In this document: in pieces, positions 16,601 through 31,600 of the stretch
How the letters are laid out: each line of letters begins with the position of its first letter
How positions within the stretch are numbered: the stretch's first letter is position 1
NCBI GenBank assembly: GCA_965221015.1
Contig: OZ244859.1
Coordinates: forward strand, 922,046-986,045
Source: an uncultured Pseudohongiella sp.
GTDB lineage: Bacteria; Pseudomonadota; Gammaproteobacteria; Pseudomonadales; Pseudohongiellaceae
Direction of reading: 5' to 3'
DNA: 64,000 nucleotides
The notes under the pieces: model-generated
Told to the model about the DNA's origin: nothing
What the model saw: only the letters and a program-made list of their open reading frames with translations
Database searches by the model: none
Program-made: the position numbers and the translations under genes

Positions 16601-19600
16601 ACGCTGACCGTGAGCGGAGCCTTCTCCCTGGGCACCGCGACGGTGACGGTGACGGCAACCGACACGAGCGGCGCTTCGGTCTCGGACCAGTTCGTAGTCA
16701 CGGTCCAGAACACCATCCGGCCCGCGGCGCCGACCAATTTGAGCCTCGTGGCCGGCGTCGGCGAAATCTCGGTGACCTGGAGCTGGGCCGACAACACCGG
16801 CGGGGTCTGCCTGCTCTCCGGAAACCGGTCGGGCTTTGAGGTCGAATACAAGAAAACCTCGCTCGGGGACGATTGGCACCTGGCCCATGACACCCATCCC
16901 AACGACGTCGACCATGGCGTGTTCGAATTGACCGGCCCGGGCCGGGGCGCCCTGCGGCAATTCGTGATCAAGGAGGGTGCTACGGGGAACGGCGAAGGTC
17001 AAATCGGGGTCGCCCTCGACCCGGTGGACTACGACGTTCGCATACTCGCCTACAGCGGGCCTTGTGAAGACAGTTCGGTGGAGCCGCGCGATCCCAACAG
17101 CGACTACTCCGCCATCGCAACCACCGCGTTGAACAACGCGCCGACGGTGGCCAACGCCATCGCCGACCAGACCGTGCAGGTCGGCTCGGACGTGAGCGTG
17201 GCGCTGGAAACCTCCGGCAGCGAAACCTTCACCGACCCCGACGGCGACACCCTGACCTACACGGTGGCGTCCAGCGACACCGCCAAGGCCACGGTGGCGG
17301 TTTCCGGTTCCACGGTAACCGTAACCGGCGTGGCGGAAGGTGAGTCCACCATCACCGTAACCGCCGATGACGGCAAAACGGGCGGCACCGCCTCCACCAC
17401 GTTCAAGGTGACGGTGACCGCCGCCACCCTCGGCTTCGGCACCCAAACCATCGCTGACCAATCCTGGACCCAGTTCGTCCAGATCACCGACGTAACGCTG
17501 CCCCAAGCCACCGGCGGCAGCGGCGCGCTGAGCTACAGCCTGTCGCCGGCGCTGCCCGCGGGCGTCAGCTTCGACACCGCCACCCGCGTCCTGAGCGGCA
17601 CGCCAAGCGCCTCCCTGGCGGAAACCACCTACACCTACACCGCCACCGACGCCGCCAGCACCACCGCCAGCCTGAGCTTCAAGATCACCGTGGCGGCGGG
17701 CAACCGGGCACCGGTGGTGGCGAGGCCGATACCGGATAGCGGCGTGTGGCTAAACACTCCATTTGGCCATGAAGTTTTTGCCCGGCGCTTGGAACTAGCG
17801 GGCGAGGAAATATTCTCCGATGCCGATGGCGATGCGCTGACCTACTCGGCCACCAGCGCCAACCCCGCCGTGGCCAGCATCAGGAATGTGTTAAACGTGG
17901 TGCCCGACGGGTTGGCCAGCTTGGAAGTCCTGGGGGTAACGGTGGGCACTACGGAGATTACGCTCAGGGCGACGGACCCAAGCGGCGCCTGGGCGGAGGA
18001 CAAGTTCAACATCACCGTCATTGATTCGAACGGCTCGGGACATATGACTTCGTTCGATGACGTCACGATCTCTGTCAATGGCGGCAGGCAGTACGTCAAT
18101 CCCCCGTTGCCGGCAGTCGCCAGCGCGGCCACCGCCAGCTCGTTCTCTGGATTGGCTCTAACGGCAACCAGCGCCAACCCGTCCGTGGCCACGGCGGAGA
18201 TTATCAATCGGGTTAATGGCGTTCGCGGATTCTCGTTCGCAACGTTCAACGTGCGTGTGACCGCGGTGGGAACCGGCGTGACAACGGTCACTGTCACCGC
18301 CAATTCCTCCCTTGCCGCCGATGTGACCGAGACCTTCACCGTAACCGTAACCGGCGCCATCGCCCCCGCCCAGCCATCCAACCTCCGGGCAACGCCGGGC
18401 GACGGCCAGGTGACCCTGAACTGGGACAACCCCTCCGACACCAGCATCAGCAAGTACCAGATCCGCCAGGCCCAGGGCACCACCGTGCCCGACAGCACCG
18501 CCTGGACCGACATCACCGGCAGCGGCGCCGCCACCATCAGCCACATCGTCACCGGCCTGACCAACGGCCAGGCCTACGCCTTCCAAATCCGCGCCGTGAA
18601 CGCCACCGGCGACGGCGCCACCTCGGCCACGGTGACCGCAACGCCGCAGGCCGACTCCGCGCCCAGCTTCGCCGCCGGCGTCACGATTGCCGACCAGACC
18701 TACGCCCAGAACGCCGCCATCGCCACCTTGAACCTGCCCGCGGCCACCGGCGGCAACGGCACCCTGACCTACAGCTTGACCCCGGCCGCCCCGGCGGGCC
18801 TGGCCTTCGACGCCACCGCCCGCACCTTGACGGGCACTCCGACCACGGCCCAGAGCGCGACAGCCTACACGTACACCGCCACCGACGCCGACGGCGACAC
18901 GGCCAGCCTCACGTTCAACATCACCGTCACTGCGGACACCCAAGCGCCGCGGGTGGCGAGCATCGTGCGACATGATCCGCCAACTTCGCCCACCAACGCG
19001 GTGTCCTTGACCTGGCGGGTGACGTTCAGCGAGGCGGTGGTGAATGTGACCGACGATGACTTCCACGTTGGGGGTACGGATGGGACGGAGACGGCGACGG
19101 CAGTCGGCACGGACGGCACCACCTGGGACGTGAACGTGGCCGGTGGCAATTTGGTGGTGCTGGCCGGCACGGTGAACCTGGAGTTCGTGCAAGGCCAGGA
19201 CATCGAGGATACCGCCGGCAACGCGCTGACCGACACCACGCCGACGGGGACCAACGACGACACCTACCTGCTGGACAGGACCCCTCCACACGTAACTTCA
19301 ATTCACCGTTACGACAGCGAAACCGGGAACACCGATGCGAAGTCGCCGACCAACCGGGATTCGGTGCAGTGGTCGGTTCAATACAACGAAAGCATGCGCC
19401 ATTCGGGGGCCGGAAGTGCGGCTGCCTATACGGTTACCTTCGTGCCGGCGATCACGCAGGAGCCGACGCTGACCGTGACCCCGGCGGCCGATGATCCGAA
19501 TGTCTGCGGAGATTTAACGCCCTACGTCGTAAACATTTCCGGCGGCGCGTTGGCTGGCTACAACGGCACGGCCACCTTGACGCTGAATCATGCGCAGGTC

Positions 19601-22600
19601 ACGGACTGCGTTGGCAATACGCTCCGTAACCGGACCCCGCCCCGCGGCAATCAGATTACGTACGAGCTGGACAACACGGCGCCGACGGTGGCCATCACGG
19701 GCGTTTCCGGAACGGTCAACGCAGCGGTGGATGCCACCTTCACCTTCAGCGAGTCCGTCACCGGCTTCGAGGCCGGCGACATCACATTGACCAATGCCGA
19801 CGCTTCGGACTTCGCCCAGCCGGACCCGGCGGCGCCGGTCTACACGGCGAAGATCACGCCGAAGGCCGAGGGCGAGTTCAGCGTCGCCGTGGCGGCGGCC
19901 GTGGCCCAGGACGCCGCCGGCAACGACAACGCCGCCGCGACCACGGTCACCGCGATCTACGACGAACTGGAGCCGCCCGCCAAGCCGAGGAGCCTGGTCG
20001 CCATAGCCGGTGACGCGGAAGTCACCCTGATCTGGGCCAACCCCGGTGACGACAGCATCACCAAGTACCAGATTTTCAATTCTGAAACCGTGGGGATCAA
20101 CCTGTGGGATGACATTCCGGGCAGCGGCGCCGACACCATTACCCACACGGTGACCGGCCTGACCAACGGCACCGAGTACACCTTCCAGATCCGCGCCGTG
20201 GCCGGCAGCCTGCTGGGCGAAGCCTCCGACGCGGTCAAGGCGACGCCGCAAGTGGCGGTCCCGGACGCCCCGGACAACCTGACGGCCACCGCGGGCGACC
20301 GCTCGGTGAGCCTGAGCTGGGACCTGCCCACCAACGCCAGCGCGCTGGACAAGGTGCAGGTGCGCCACCAGGCCCGGGGCGAGACGACCTGGGAGCCCTG
20401 GACCGACCTGGCGGCGGACGCCACCACCCACACCGTGACCAACCTGAAGAACGGCCAGGACTACCTCTTCGAAGTGCGCGCGGAGAGCGCGTCCGGCGCC
20501 GGCCCGGCGGCGCGGACGGCCGGAACGCCGGAGCTGGCGGTCCCCGGCGCCCCGACCGGGCTCAGCGCCACGGCGGGCAACGCCGAAGTGGACCTGGCCT
20601 GGACGCTGCCCACCAACACCAGCGAGATCGACGCCGTGCAGGTGCGCTGGAAGGCCACGGCGGACCTGCCCTTCGACGACGCCCGCGACAAGTGGACCGA
20701 CCTGCCGTCCGCCGACGCCACCAGCCACAAGGTCACCGGCCTGACCAACGGCACCGGCTACACCTTCCAGGTGCGCGCCACCAACAGCGCCGGCAACGGC
20801 GACCCCGCCACCGGCGCGGCGACGCCCCGCGCGCCCCCGCTGGTGACGCCGGGCGCGCCGACCAACCTGAGCACGGTGCCCGGCGACACCGAGGTGGTGG
20901 TGCTGTGGACCCTGCCCACGAACACCAGCCAGATCGACAGCGTCGAGCTGCGCCACAAGGTGAAGACGGACCCCGACACCGGCTGGAGCCAGTGGACCTC
21001 CCTGGCCGGCACGGCGGACCGTTCCCGGGTGACGGGCCTGGTCAACGGCACCGACTACCTGTTCGAGGTCCGCGCGGTGAACACCGCGGGCACCGGCCCG
21101 TCGGCCAGCGTCGAGGGCACGCCGAATCTGGCGAAGCCCTCGTCCCCCAGCAACCTGCAGGCCAGCGCTGGCGACACACAAGTGACCCTGACCTGGGACC
21201 TGCCGGACAAGGGCACCGTGGACAGCATCGACGTGCGCCACAAGAAGAAGACGGACACAAGCTGGGGCCAATGGACCCTGCTGGCGGCGGACGCCACCAC
21301 CAGCACCGTGACCGGCCTCGACAACGGCGTGACCTACGAGTTCGAAGTCCGCGCCACCAACGCCGCCGGCAGCAGCGACCCGGTGGCCGTGGACGCCCAG
21401 CCGAAGCTGGCGGTCCCGGACGCCCCCGGCAACCTGACCGCGGCGCCCGGCGACGGCAAGGTCGGCCTGACCTGGGACCTGCCCACCAACACCAGCGAAA
21501 TCGACAGGATGCAGGTGGCATACAAGCTGAAGAGCGCGGCGAACTTCCAGCCCTGGGTTGACCTGGCGAAAGACGCCACCAGTTACGAAGTCACCGGCCT
21601 GACCAACGGCAGCGAGTACACGTTCATCGTGCGCGCGCTGAACGGCGCCGGCCGCGGCGCCGTGGCGGAGGTGGATTCGACGCCGGTGGCGGTGCCGACC
21701 GCGCCGACCGGCCTGGCGGCCACCCCCGGCGACACCCAGGTCGTCCTGAGCTGGACCCTGCCGGCAAACTCCGGCGTTCTGACCAGGGTGCAGGCGCGCC
21801 ACAAGGCGGACACGGCGAAGGACTGGGAGGCCTGGGTTGACTTGGCCGCGAACGCCACCACCCACACCGTGACGGGGCTGACCAACGGCCAGCTGTACAA
21901 CTTCGAGGTGCGGGCGGAGAACGCCTCCGGCCCCGGCGCGGCGGCGTCGGTCTCGGCCACCCCGGTTCCCCCGCTGGTGGCGCCTGGCGCGCCGACCAAC
22001 CTGAGCACGGTGCCCGGCGACACCGAAGTGGTGGTGCTGTGGACCCTGCCCACCAACACCAGACAAATCGACAGCGTCGAACTGCGCCACAAGGTGAAGT
22101 CGGCCCCCGACACCGGCTGGAGCCAGTGGACCTCCCTGGCCGGCACGGCGGACCGTTCCCGGGTGACGGGCCTGGTCAACGGCACCGACTACCTGTTCGA
22201 GGTCCGCGCGGTGAACACCGCGGGCACCGGCCCGTCGGCCAGCGTCGAGGGCACGCCGAATCTGGCGAAGCCCTCGTCCCCCAGCAACCTGCAGGCCAGC
22301 GCCGGCGACACACAAGTGACCCTGACCTGGGACCTGCCGGACAAGGGCACGGTCGACACCATCGACGTGCGCCACAAGAAGAAGACGGACACGGCCTGGA
22401 GCCAATGGACCTTGCTGGCCAAGGACGCCACCACCCACACCGTGACCGGCCTCGACAACGGCGTGACCTACGAGTTCGAAGTCCGCGCCACCAACGCCGC
22501 CGGCAGCAGCGACTCGGTGGCCGTGGACGCCCAGCCGAAGCTGGCGGTCCCCGAAGCCCCGACGAGCCTGACGGCAACCGGCGGCAACGCCCAGGTCGAA

Positions 22601-25600
22601 TTGAGCTGGACCCTGCCCACCAACGCCAGCGTGATCGGCGCGGTGCAGGTGCGCTGGAAGGCCACGGCGGACCTGCCGTTCACCGCCAGCGACGCCTGGA
22701 CCGACCTCGCCGGCACGGCCACCGCCTACACGGCCACCGGCCTGACCAACGGCACCGGCTACACCTTCGCGGTGCGCGCCACCAACACCGCCGGCGACGG
22801 CCCCGCAGCCACCACCGCGGCCACACCGGCGGCGGGGGCGGGTCTCGATGTTTCCGAGACCTTCCTCCGGGTGCCCGGAGGCGGCAGCGATACCTTCACC
22901 GTGAAGTTGGCAGCCGCGCCCAGCGGTCCGGTGACGGTGGCGGTGGCCAGCAACGAGTCCGACGTGACCGTGAGCCCGGTCATCCTCAACTTCGACGCCA
23001 CGAACTACGCCACGCCGCAAACCGTGACCGTCAACATGGCCGAGTATCGCAGGCCGTTGGGCGGCAATGGCACAGTGGCCCTGAGCGCCGCCGCCGGCGG
23101 CTACGACGGCATCACCGCGTCGGTGGAAGTCGCGTCCGTGCCCGTCCTGAAATCGATCAAGCGCCAGGACCCGACCGCCTCGCTCACCAACGCGGATCAA
23201 GTGCGCTGGAGAGTCACCTTCAGCGAGCGCGTGGACTTCGACGACGCATCCAAGTCCGCGTCCTACGCAACTTCGTTCAGCCCGAATTTGGCAAACCCGC
23301 CCGCGCCAGTGGTCTCTCCAGGGGCTATCCTGCCCGGTTGCAATGGCAGCCAGTACTTTGATGTGGACCTCGGCGACACCAACGCAATCACCACGCTGGA
23401 CGACTACAACGGCACGGTCACGCTAACGCTGAAATCGGATGCAAGAATCCAAAGCTGCACCGGCGTCGCAATTGGAGACCGAACGCCAACCGAACCGGTT
23501 GAGTCGTTCACTTTGGACAATATCGCGCCCACGGTGACCATCACCGGCGTTTCCGGCACGGTCACCGCGGCGGTGGACGCCACTTTCACCTTCAGCGAGC
23601 CGGTCACCGGCTTCGAGATCAGCGACATCAAGCTGACCAACGCCAACCCGTCGGATTTCGCCGAAGCGGGCAGCGCGGACGGGACCACCTACACCGCCAA
23701 GATCACCCCGAAGGCCGCCGGCGAATTCAGCGTTGGCGTGGAGGCGGATAAGGCCGAGGACGCCGCCGGCAACGGCAACACGGCCGCGACAACAGTCACC
23801 GCGACCTACCAATCGCCGAACAACCCGCCGGTGGTGGCCAACCCAATCCCGGACGTGGATCTGAACGAGGGCGTTTCCGAAACCGTGGACCTGTCGACGG
23901 TGTTCAGCGACCCGGACAACGACCCGCTGACCTTCAGCGCGGTGTCGAGCGACACCGACCTGGTGTCGGCGTCTGTGAATGGCAACACGCTCACCTACAA
24001 GGCGCTGGTGCCCGGCGGCGCGGCCACGGTGACGGTGACGGCCGACGACGGCAGAGGCGGCACCGTGGACGATGTGTTCGAGGTGACCACCCTCGTGCCG
24101 CCGAACGATCCGCCGACCCTGGACAATCCGCTCGCCGACCTGACGCTGACCGCGGGCGAAACGCGGGATGTGGATGTTTCGAAGGTGTTCAGCGACCCGG
24201 ACAACGACCCGCTGACCTACCTGGCAACTTCGGCCGACCCGTCGAAGGCGACCGTGTCGGTGAAGGACGCGATAGTCACGGTTGAAGGCGTTGCGGCGGG
24301 CACCTCGACGGTGACCGTGACGGCGGACGACGGCAAAGACGGCAAGGTGGACGATGAGTTCACCGTCACCGTGGAAGCGGACCTTGCGCCGGACTTCGGC
24401 ACGGCGACCATCGACAACCAGCTCTACACGCAGGGCGTGGCCGTCACGAAGCTGACCCTGCCCGAAGCGAGCGGCGGCAATGGCACCTTGAGCTACACGC
24501 TCCAGCCGTCGCTGCCAGCCGGCCTGGCGTTCGACGCGAACAGCCGGGAGATTACGGGAACGCCCACGGCCGTGAGCGCGGCGGCTTCCTACGACTACAC
24601 GGCGACGGACGCGGACGGCGACACGGCAACCCTGAAGTTCATCATCGAAGTCAAGGCGAACACTGCGCCCAGCTTCGGCACGGCGACGGTGCCGGCGCAG
24701 ACCTACACGCGGGGCGAGGCGATCACCGCCCTGCAGTTGCCCGCCGCGACCGGCGGCAACGGTGCGCTGACCTACGGAATAGAGCCGGCGCTGCCGAACG
24801 GCCTGGCATTCAACGCCAGCAAACGGGATATCACCGGAACGCCGACGGTGGTGACAGCGCAGGCGACCTACAGCTACACGGCGACGGATGCGGACGGCGA
24901 CGCGGCGACCTTGACGTTCACCATTGAAGTGGTGGCGGCGGTGAACCAACCGCCGGTGGTGGACAATCCGATCCCGGACCAGACGCTGAGTGAGGGCAAG
25001 TCCGGCACCGTGGACCTGTCTACGGTGTTCAGCGACCCGGAGAACGACCCGCTGACCTTCGGCGCGGTGTCGAGCGACACGGCCCAGGTGACGGTGGCGG
25101 TAGTAGGTTCCACGCTCACGTTCACGGCCGTGTCGGCCGGCGCGCCGACGCTGACGGTGACCGCGGACGACAACAAAGGCGGCAAGGTCAACGATGTGTT
25201 CGTTGTGACGGTGGTGGCGAACGAGTTGCCCAGCTTCGGCACCGAGACCATCGCCCACCAGCACTACACCTTGAACACGGCCATCGCCACGCTGAACTTC
25301 CCCGCAGCCACCGGCGGCAACGCCCCGCTGACCTACAGCCTGAGCCCGGTCGCCCCCGCGGGCCTGACCTTCGACGCCGACGCCCGCACGCTGACCGGCA
25401 CGCCCACCGCGGCCCGGCCCGCCACGGCCTACACCTACACCGCCACCGACGCCGACGGCGACACGGCGAGCCTCAGTTTCAACATCACCATCAGGGACCC
25501 GCAGGCGCCGCCCGCCAAGCCCGGCAACCTCACCGCCACGGCCGGCGACACCGAAGTCACCTTGAACTGGGATAACCCCAACGACGCCAGCATCACCAAG

Positions 25601-28600
25601 TACCAGTATGTCTCCCGGGAAGGCCTGGGGATTGGTCTGTGGCAGGACATTCCGGGCAGCGGCGCCGGCACCACCAGCTACACGGTGACCGGCCTGACCA
25701 ACGGCACCGAGTACAGCTTCCAGATCCGGGCGGTGAACAACGGCGGCAACAGCGACGACTCCGACACCGTCACCGCAACGCCGCGGGCCGACACCACGCC
25801 CAGCTTTGGCACCGAGACCATCGCCGACCAGAACTACACCCAGAACACGGCCATCGCCACGCTGAACCTGCCCGCTGCCACCGGCGGCAACGCCCCGCTA
25901 ACCTACAGCCTGAGCCCGGCCGCCCCCGCGGGCCTGCTGTTTGACGCCGTCAACCGCACCTTGACGGGCACGCCCACAACGGCCCAGAGCCAGGCGGCCT
26001 ACACCTACACCGCCACCGACGCCGACGGCGACGCAGTCAGCCTCACCTTCAACATCACCATTGCCCAGGCCCCGACCCAGGCGCGCACGTTGACCTTCAC
26101 CTTCTCCGATGACGGCACCACCACCACCATTGCCGCTTCGGGCAGTTTGGATGTCTCGGGCTTCAATTATCTCCAGGATACGACGCCGCAAGGTGAGGGA
26201 TTCTCAGGTCTGCTTATAGACGATACGGAGATATGGCAAATTATGCCTCAGTCGGATACCACACCACTTAGCTGGTATGGCTCGCTCCCGAACTTTGTGA
26301 CCACCGGCACGAGCACCTACACGGGTAATGCGAAAGTCGAAACACTGAGCAACTACAGCCACGATTTTGCCATCCGGTTCAGCACTTATCTTCCGAGGCT
26401 GTACATAGATAAAACCAATCTCACCGGAAACATTTATGACCTGACGGGCAAGAATGTGACGTTCACCGGCACCCTGTCCGGGACTCTTGGGGACAATGAC
26501 TTCCATATCGAACATGCGTTTGGCAATCAGAAGATCATCTTCAAGGCAACACCGCCGCCGGTACCCGCCGCGCCCGCCAACCTGGCCGCCGCGCCCGGCG
26601 ACACCGAAGTCACCCTGAGCTGGAACAACCCGAACGATTCCAGCATCACCAAGTACCAGCTCCGCCAGGCGCAAGGCGCAAGCGTGCCCGGCAGCACCGT
26701 CTGGGCCGACATCACCGGCAGCGGCGCCGGCACCACCAGCCACACGGTCACCGGCCTGACCAACGGCCAGCAATACGCCTTCCAGATCCGGGCGGTGAAC
26801 AACGCCGGCAACAGCGACGCCTCCGACACCGTCACCGCGACGCCGCGGGTCGACACTGATCCCAGCTTCGGCACCGAGACCATCGCCGACCAGAACTACA
26901 CCCGCAACACGGCCATCGCCACGCTGACCCTGCCCGAAGCCACCGGCGGCAACGGCACCCTGACCTACAGCCTGAGCCCGAACGCCCCGGCCGGCCTGAA
27001 CTTCGACGCCACCAACCGCACCCTCACCGGCACCCCGAGCGCGGTCCAGGATGCGACGCAGTACACCTACACCGCCACCGACGCCGACGGCGACACGGCC
27101 AGCCTGACGTTCAACATCACCGTCGCCGAGGCGGTCGAGCCGCCCGCCAGCCCCAGCAACCTGATCGCCATAGCCGGCGACACCAGGGTCACCCTGGTCT
27201 GGATCGACCCGAACGACCCCACCATCACCGGCTACGAGGTTCTCTACCAGTACGGCTCCGATCCCTGGGAGCCCATCGAGGGCAGCGACGCCACGACCAC
27301 CCGCCACACCGTGGAGAACCTGGTCAACGGCACGGAGTACACCTTCCAGATCCGCGCCGTGGCCGGCAAAGTCCCGGGCGATCCCTCGATCGCGGTCAAG
27401 GCGACGCCGCAAGTGGCGGTTCCCGACGCCCCGGAGAACCTGACGGCCACCGCGGGCGACCGCTCGGTGAACCTGAGCTGGGACCTGCCCACCAACGCCA
27501 GCGTGCTCGACAAGGTGCAGGTGCGCCACCAGGCCCGGGGCGAGACCACCTGGGAGCCCTGGACCGACCTGGCCGCGGACGCCACCACCCACACCGTGGC
27601 CAACCTGAAGAACGGCCAGGACTACTTCTTCGAAGTGCGCGCGGAGAGCGCGTCCGGCGCCGGCCCGGCGGCGCGGACGGCCGGACGGCCGGAGCTGGCG
27701 GTTCCCGAAGCCCCCGGCAACCTGACCGCGGCGCCCGGCGACGGCGCGGTGGGCCTGACTTGGGACCTGCCGACCAACACCAGCGAAATCGACAAGATGC
27801 AGGTGGCTTACAAGGTGAAGAGCGCGGCGAACTTCCTGCCTTGGGTTGACCTGGCGAAGGACGCCACCAGCCACGACGTCACCGGCCTCACCAACGGCAC
27901 CGAGTACACGTTCGTCGTGCGCGCGCTGAACGACGCCGGCCGCGGCGCCGAGGCGGAGGTGGACGCGACGCCGGTGGCGGGGCCGGGCAAGGTGCCGTCC
28001 GCGCCGGCCGACCTGGCGGCGACGGCGGGCGACACCCAAGTGACGTTGACTTGGACCCATGCGCGGGACAACAGCATCACCAAGTACCAGGTCCGCCACA
28101 TTGAAGGCGCCAGCGTGCCCGACAGCGAGCCTTGGACCGACATAGCCGGCAGCAACGCCGGCACCACCGGTCACACGGTGACCGGCCTGACCAACGACAC
28201 CCTGCACGCCTTCGAAATCCGCGCGGTGAACGCCAACGGCGCGGGCGCGGCCTCGGCGGTGACGGCGACGCCGAAGCTGGCGATCCCCGAAGCTCCCGGC
28301 AACCTGACCGCGGCGCCCGGCGACGGCAAGGTCGGCCTGACCTGGGACCTGCCCACCAACACGAGCGAAATCGACAGGATGCAGGTGGCATACAAGCTGA
28401 AGAGCGCGGCGAACTTCCAGCCCTGGGTTGACCTGGCGAAAGACGCCACCAGTTACGAAGTCACCGGCCTGACCAACGGCAGCGAGTACACGTTCATCGT
28501 GCGCGCGCTGAACGGCGCGGGCCGCGGCGCCGTGGCGGAGGTGGATTCGACGCCGGTGGCGGTGCCGACCGCGCCGACCGGCCTGGCGGCGGCCCCCGGC

Positions 28601-31600
28601 GATACCCAGGTCGTCCTGAGCTGGACCCTGCCGGCAAACTCCGGCGCGCTGACCAGGGTGCAGGCGCGCCACAAGGCGGACACGGCGAAGGACTGGGAGG
28701 CCTGGGTTGACCTGGCGGCGAACGCCACCACCCACACCGTGACCGGCCTGACCAACGGCGAGCTGTACAACTTCGAGGTGCGGGCGGAGAACGCCTCCGG
28801 CCCCGGCGCGGCGGCGTCGGTCTCGGCCACTCCGGTGCCCCCGCTGGTTGCCCCTGGCGCGCCGACCAACCTGAGCGCGGTGCCCGGCGACACCGAGGTG
28901 GTGGTGCTGTGGACCCTGCCCACGAACACCAGCCAGATCGACAGCGTCGAACTGCGCCACAAGGTGAAGTCGGCCCCCGACACCGGCTGGAGCCAGTGGA
29001 CCTCCCTGGCGGGCACGGCGGAGCGCTCCCGGGTGACGGGCCTGGCCAACGGCACCGACTACCTGTTCGAGGTCCGCGCGGTGAACACCGCGGGCACCGG
29101 CCCGTCGGCCAGCGTCGAGGGCACGCCGCAGCTGGCGAAGCCCTCGTCCCCGAGCAACCTGCAGGCCAGCGCCGGCGACACACAAGTGACCCTGACCTGG
29201 GACCTGCCGGACAAGGGCACCGTGGACACCATCGACGTGCGCCACAAGAAGAAGACGGACACAAGCTGGAGCCTCTGGACCCGGCTGGCGGCGGATGCCA
29301 CCACCACCACCGTGACCGCCCTCGACAACGGCGTGACCTACGAGTTCGAGGTCCGCGCCAGCAACGGCGCCGGCAGCAGCGACCCGGTGGCCGTGGACGC
29401 TCAGCCGAAGCTGGCGGTCCCCGAAGCCCCGACGAGCCTGACGGCAACCGGCGGCAACGCCCAGGTCGAATTGAGCTGGGCCCTGCCGACCAACGCCAGC
29501 GTGATCGGCGCGGTGCAGGTGCGCTGGAAGGCCACCGCCGACCTGCCGTTCAGCGCCGGCGACGCCTGGACCGACCTCGCCGGCACGGCCACCGCCTACA
29601 CGGCGACGGGCCTGACCAACGGCACCGGCTACACCTTCGAAGTGCGCGCCACCAACACCGCCGGCGACGGCCCCGCGGCCACCGCCGCGGCCACACCGAT
29701 GGCGCCCTCGACCCCGGCGCGCACATTGACCCTCACTTTCTCCGATGACGGCAGCACCGTGACCGTTGCGGCCTCGGGCAGCTTGGACGTGTCGGGCTTC
29801 AGTGATCGAGGGGATACAACAAGGCAAAGGATTGGGGGGGCGGGAACACTTATCCTAATAAATGATGAATTTGAGAAGTGGCAAGTTTCTGTACCATTCG
29901 AAGATCCCACACCGCTTCGCGAGTACCGTTCGCTCCCGGCCTTCGTGATAACTGGATTGAGCTCTTACTCCGGTTATTCGGCACTCGAATTCCTGAATGA
30001 CTACAGCACTGAGTTCACCATCCGACTTAACAGTTACTATAAGTTGCTATTCATAGACAAGGCCAATCTCACCGGAAACATCTACGACCCAACAGGAGAC
30101 GTGGCGACGTTCTCGGGCACCCTGCTCACCACGTTGCAAGACAACGACTTCCACATCGAGATCGCCATCGGCAATCAAAAGGTTATTTTCAAGACAGCAT
30201 CCCCAGCCACGGTGCCGGACGCGCCAACCGGACTGGCCGCGGCCGCGGGCAATGCCCAGGTTGACCTGGCTTGGACCAACCCGAACGACAGCAACATCAC
30301 CAGGTACCAGGTGCGCTACGGCTCGGGTTCCACCGTGCCCGCCACCGCCACCTGGGAAGACATCACCGGCAGCGGCGCCGGCACCACAACCCACACCGTC
30401 GCCGGCCTCACCAACGACACCGAGTACGCCTTCGAAATCCGCGCGGTGAACGCCCGCGGCAACAGCGCCGCCTCCGCCACGGTGACGGCGACGCCGGAGG
30501 CCGACACCACGCCGAGCTTCGGCACCGAGACCATCGCCGACCAGAACTACACCCGCAACACGGCCATCGCGACCCTGACCCTGCCCGAGGCCACCGGCGG
30601 CAACGGCACCCTGACCTACAGCCTGAGCCCCAACGCCCCCGCGGGCCTGAACTTCGACGCCACCAACCGCACCCTCACCGGCACGCCGAGCGCGGTCCAG
30701 GATGCGACGCAGTACACCTACACCGCCACCGACGCCGACGGCGACACGGCCAGCCTGACGTTCAACATCACCATCGCCGAGGCGGTCGAGCCGCCCGCCA
30801 AGCCCAGGAACTTCACTGCCGTGGCCGGCGACACGGAAGTCACCCTGAACTGGGAAGATCCCCGGGACGACAGCATCACCAAGTACCAGATTTTCGACTT
30901 TGAAAACGTGGGCTTTGACCTGTGGGATGACATTCCCGGCAGCGGCGCCACCACCACCACCCACACGGTGACCGGCCTGACCAACGGCACCGAGTACAGC
31001 TTCCAGATCCGCGCCGTGGCCGGCAGCCTCCCGGGCGACGCCTCCGACGCGGTCAAGGCGACGCCGCAACTGGCGGTCCCCGACGCGCCGACCGGGCTCA
31101 GCGCCACGGCGGGCAACGCCGAAGTGGACCTGAGCTGGAAGCTGCCCACCAACACCAGCGAGATTGTCGCCGTGCAGGTGCGCTGGAAGGCCACAGTGGA
31201 CCTGCCGTTCGACAACGCCAGCGACAAATGGACCGACCTTCCGTCCTCCGATGCGACCGACCACAAGGTCACCGGCCTGACCAACGGCACCGGCTACACC
31301 TTCCAGGTGCGCGCCACCAACAAGGCCGGCAACGGCCAGCCGGCCACCGGCGCGGCGACGCCGCGGGCGCCTCCGGGCAAGGTGCCGTCCGCGCCCGCCG
31401 ATCTGGCGTCGACCCCCGGCGACACACGGGTCACCCTGAACTGGACCCTGCCGACCGACGGGGGCGCGCTGACCAAGGTGCAGGTGCGCCACCAGGCCCG
31501 GGGCGAGACCACCTGGGAGCCTTGGACCGACCTGGCCGCGGACGCCACCACCCACACCGTGGCCAACCTGAAGAACGGCCAGGACTATCTGTTTGAAGTG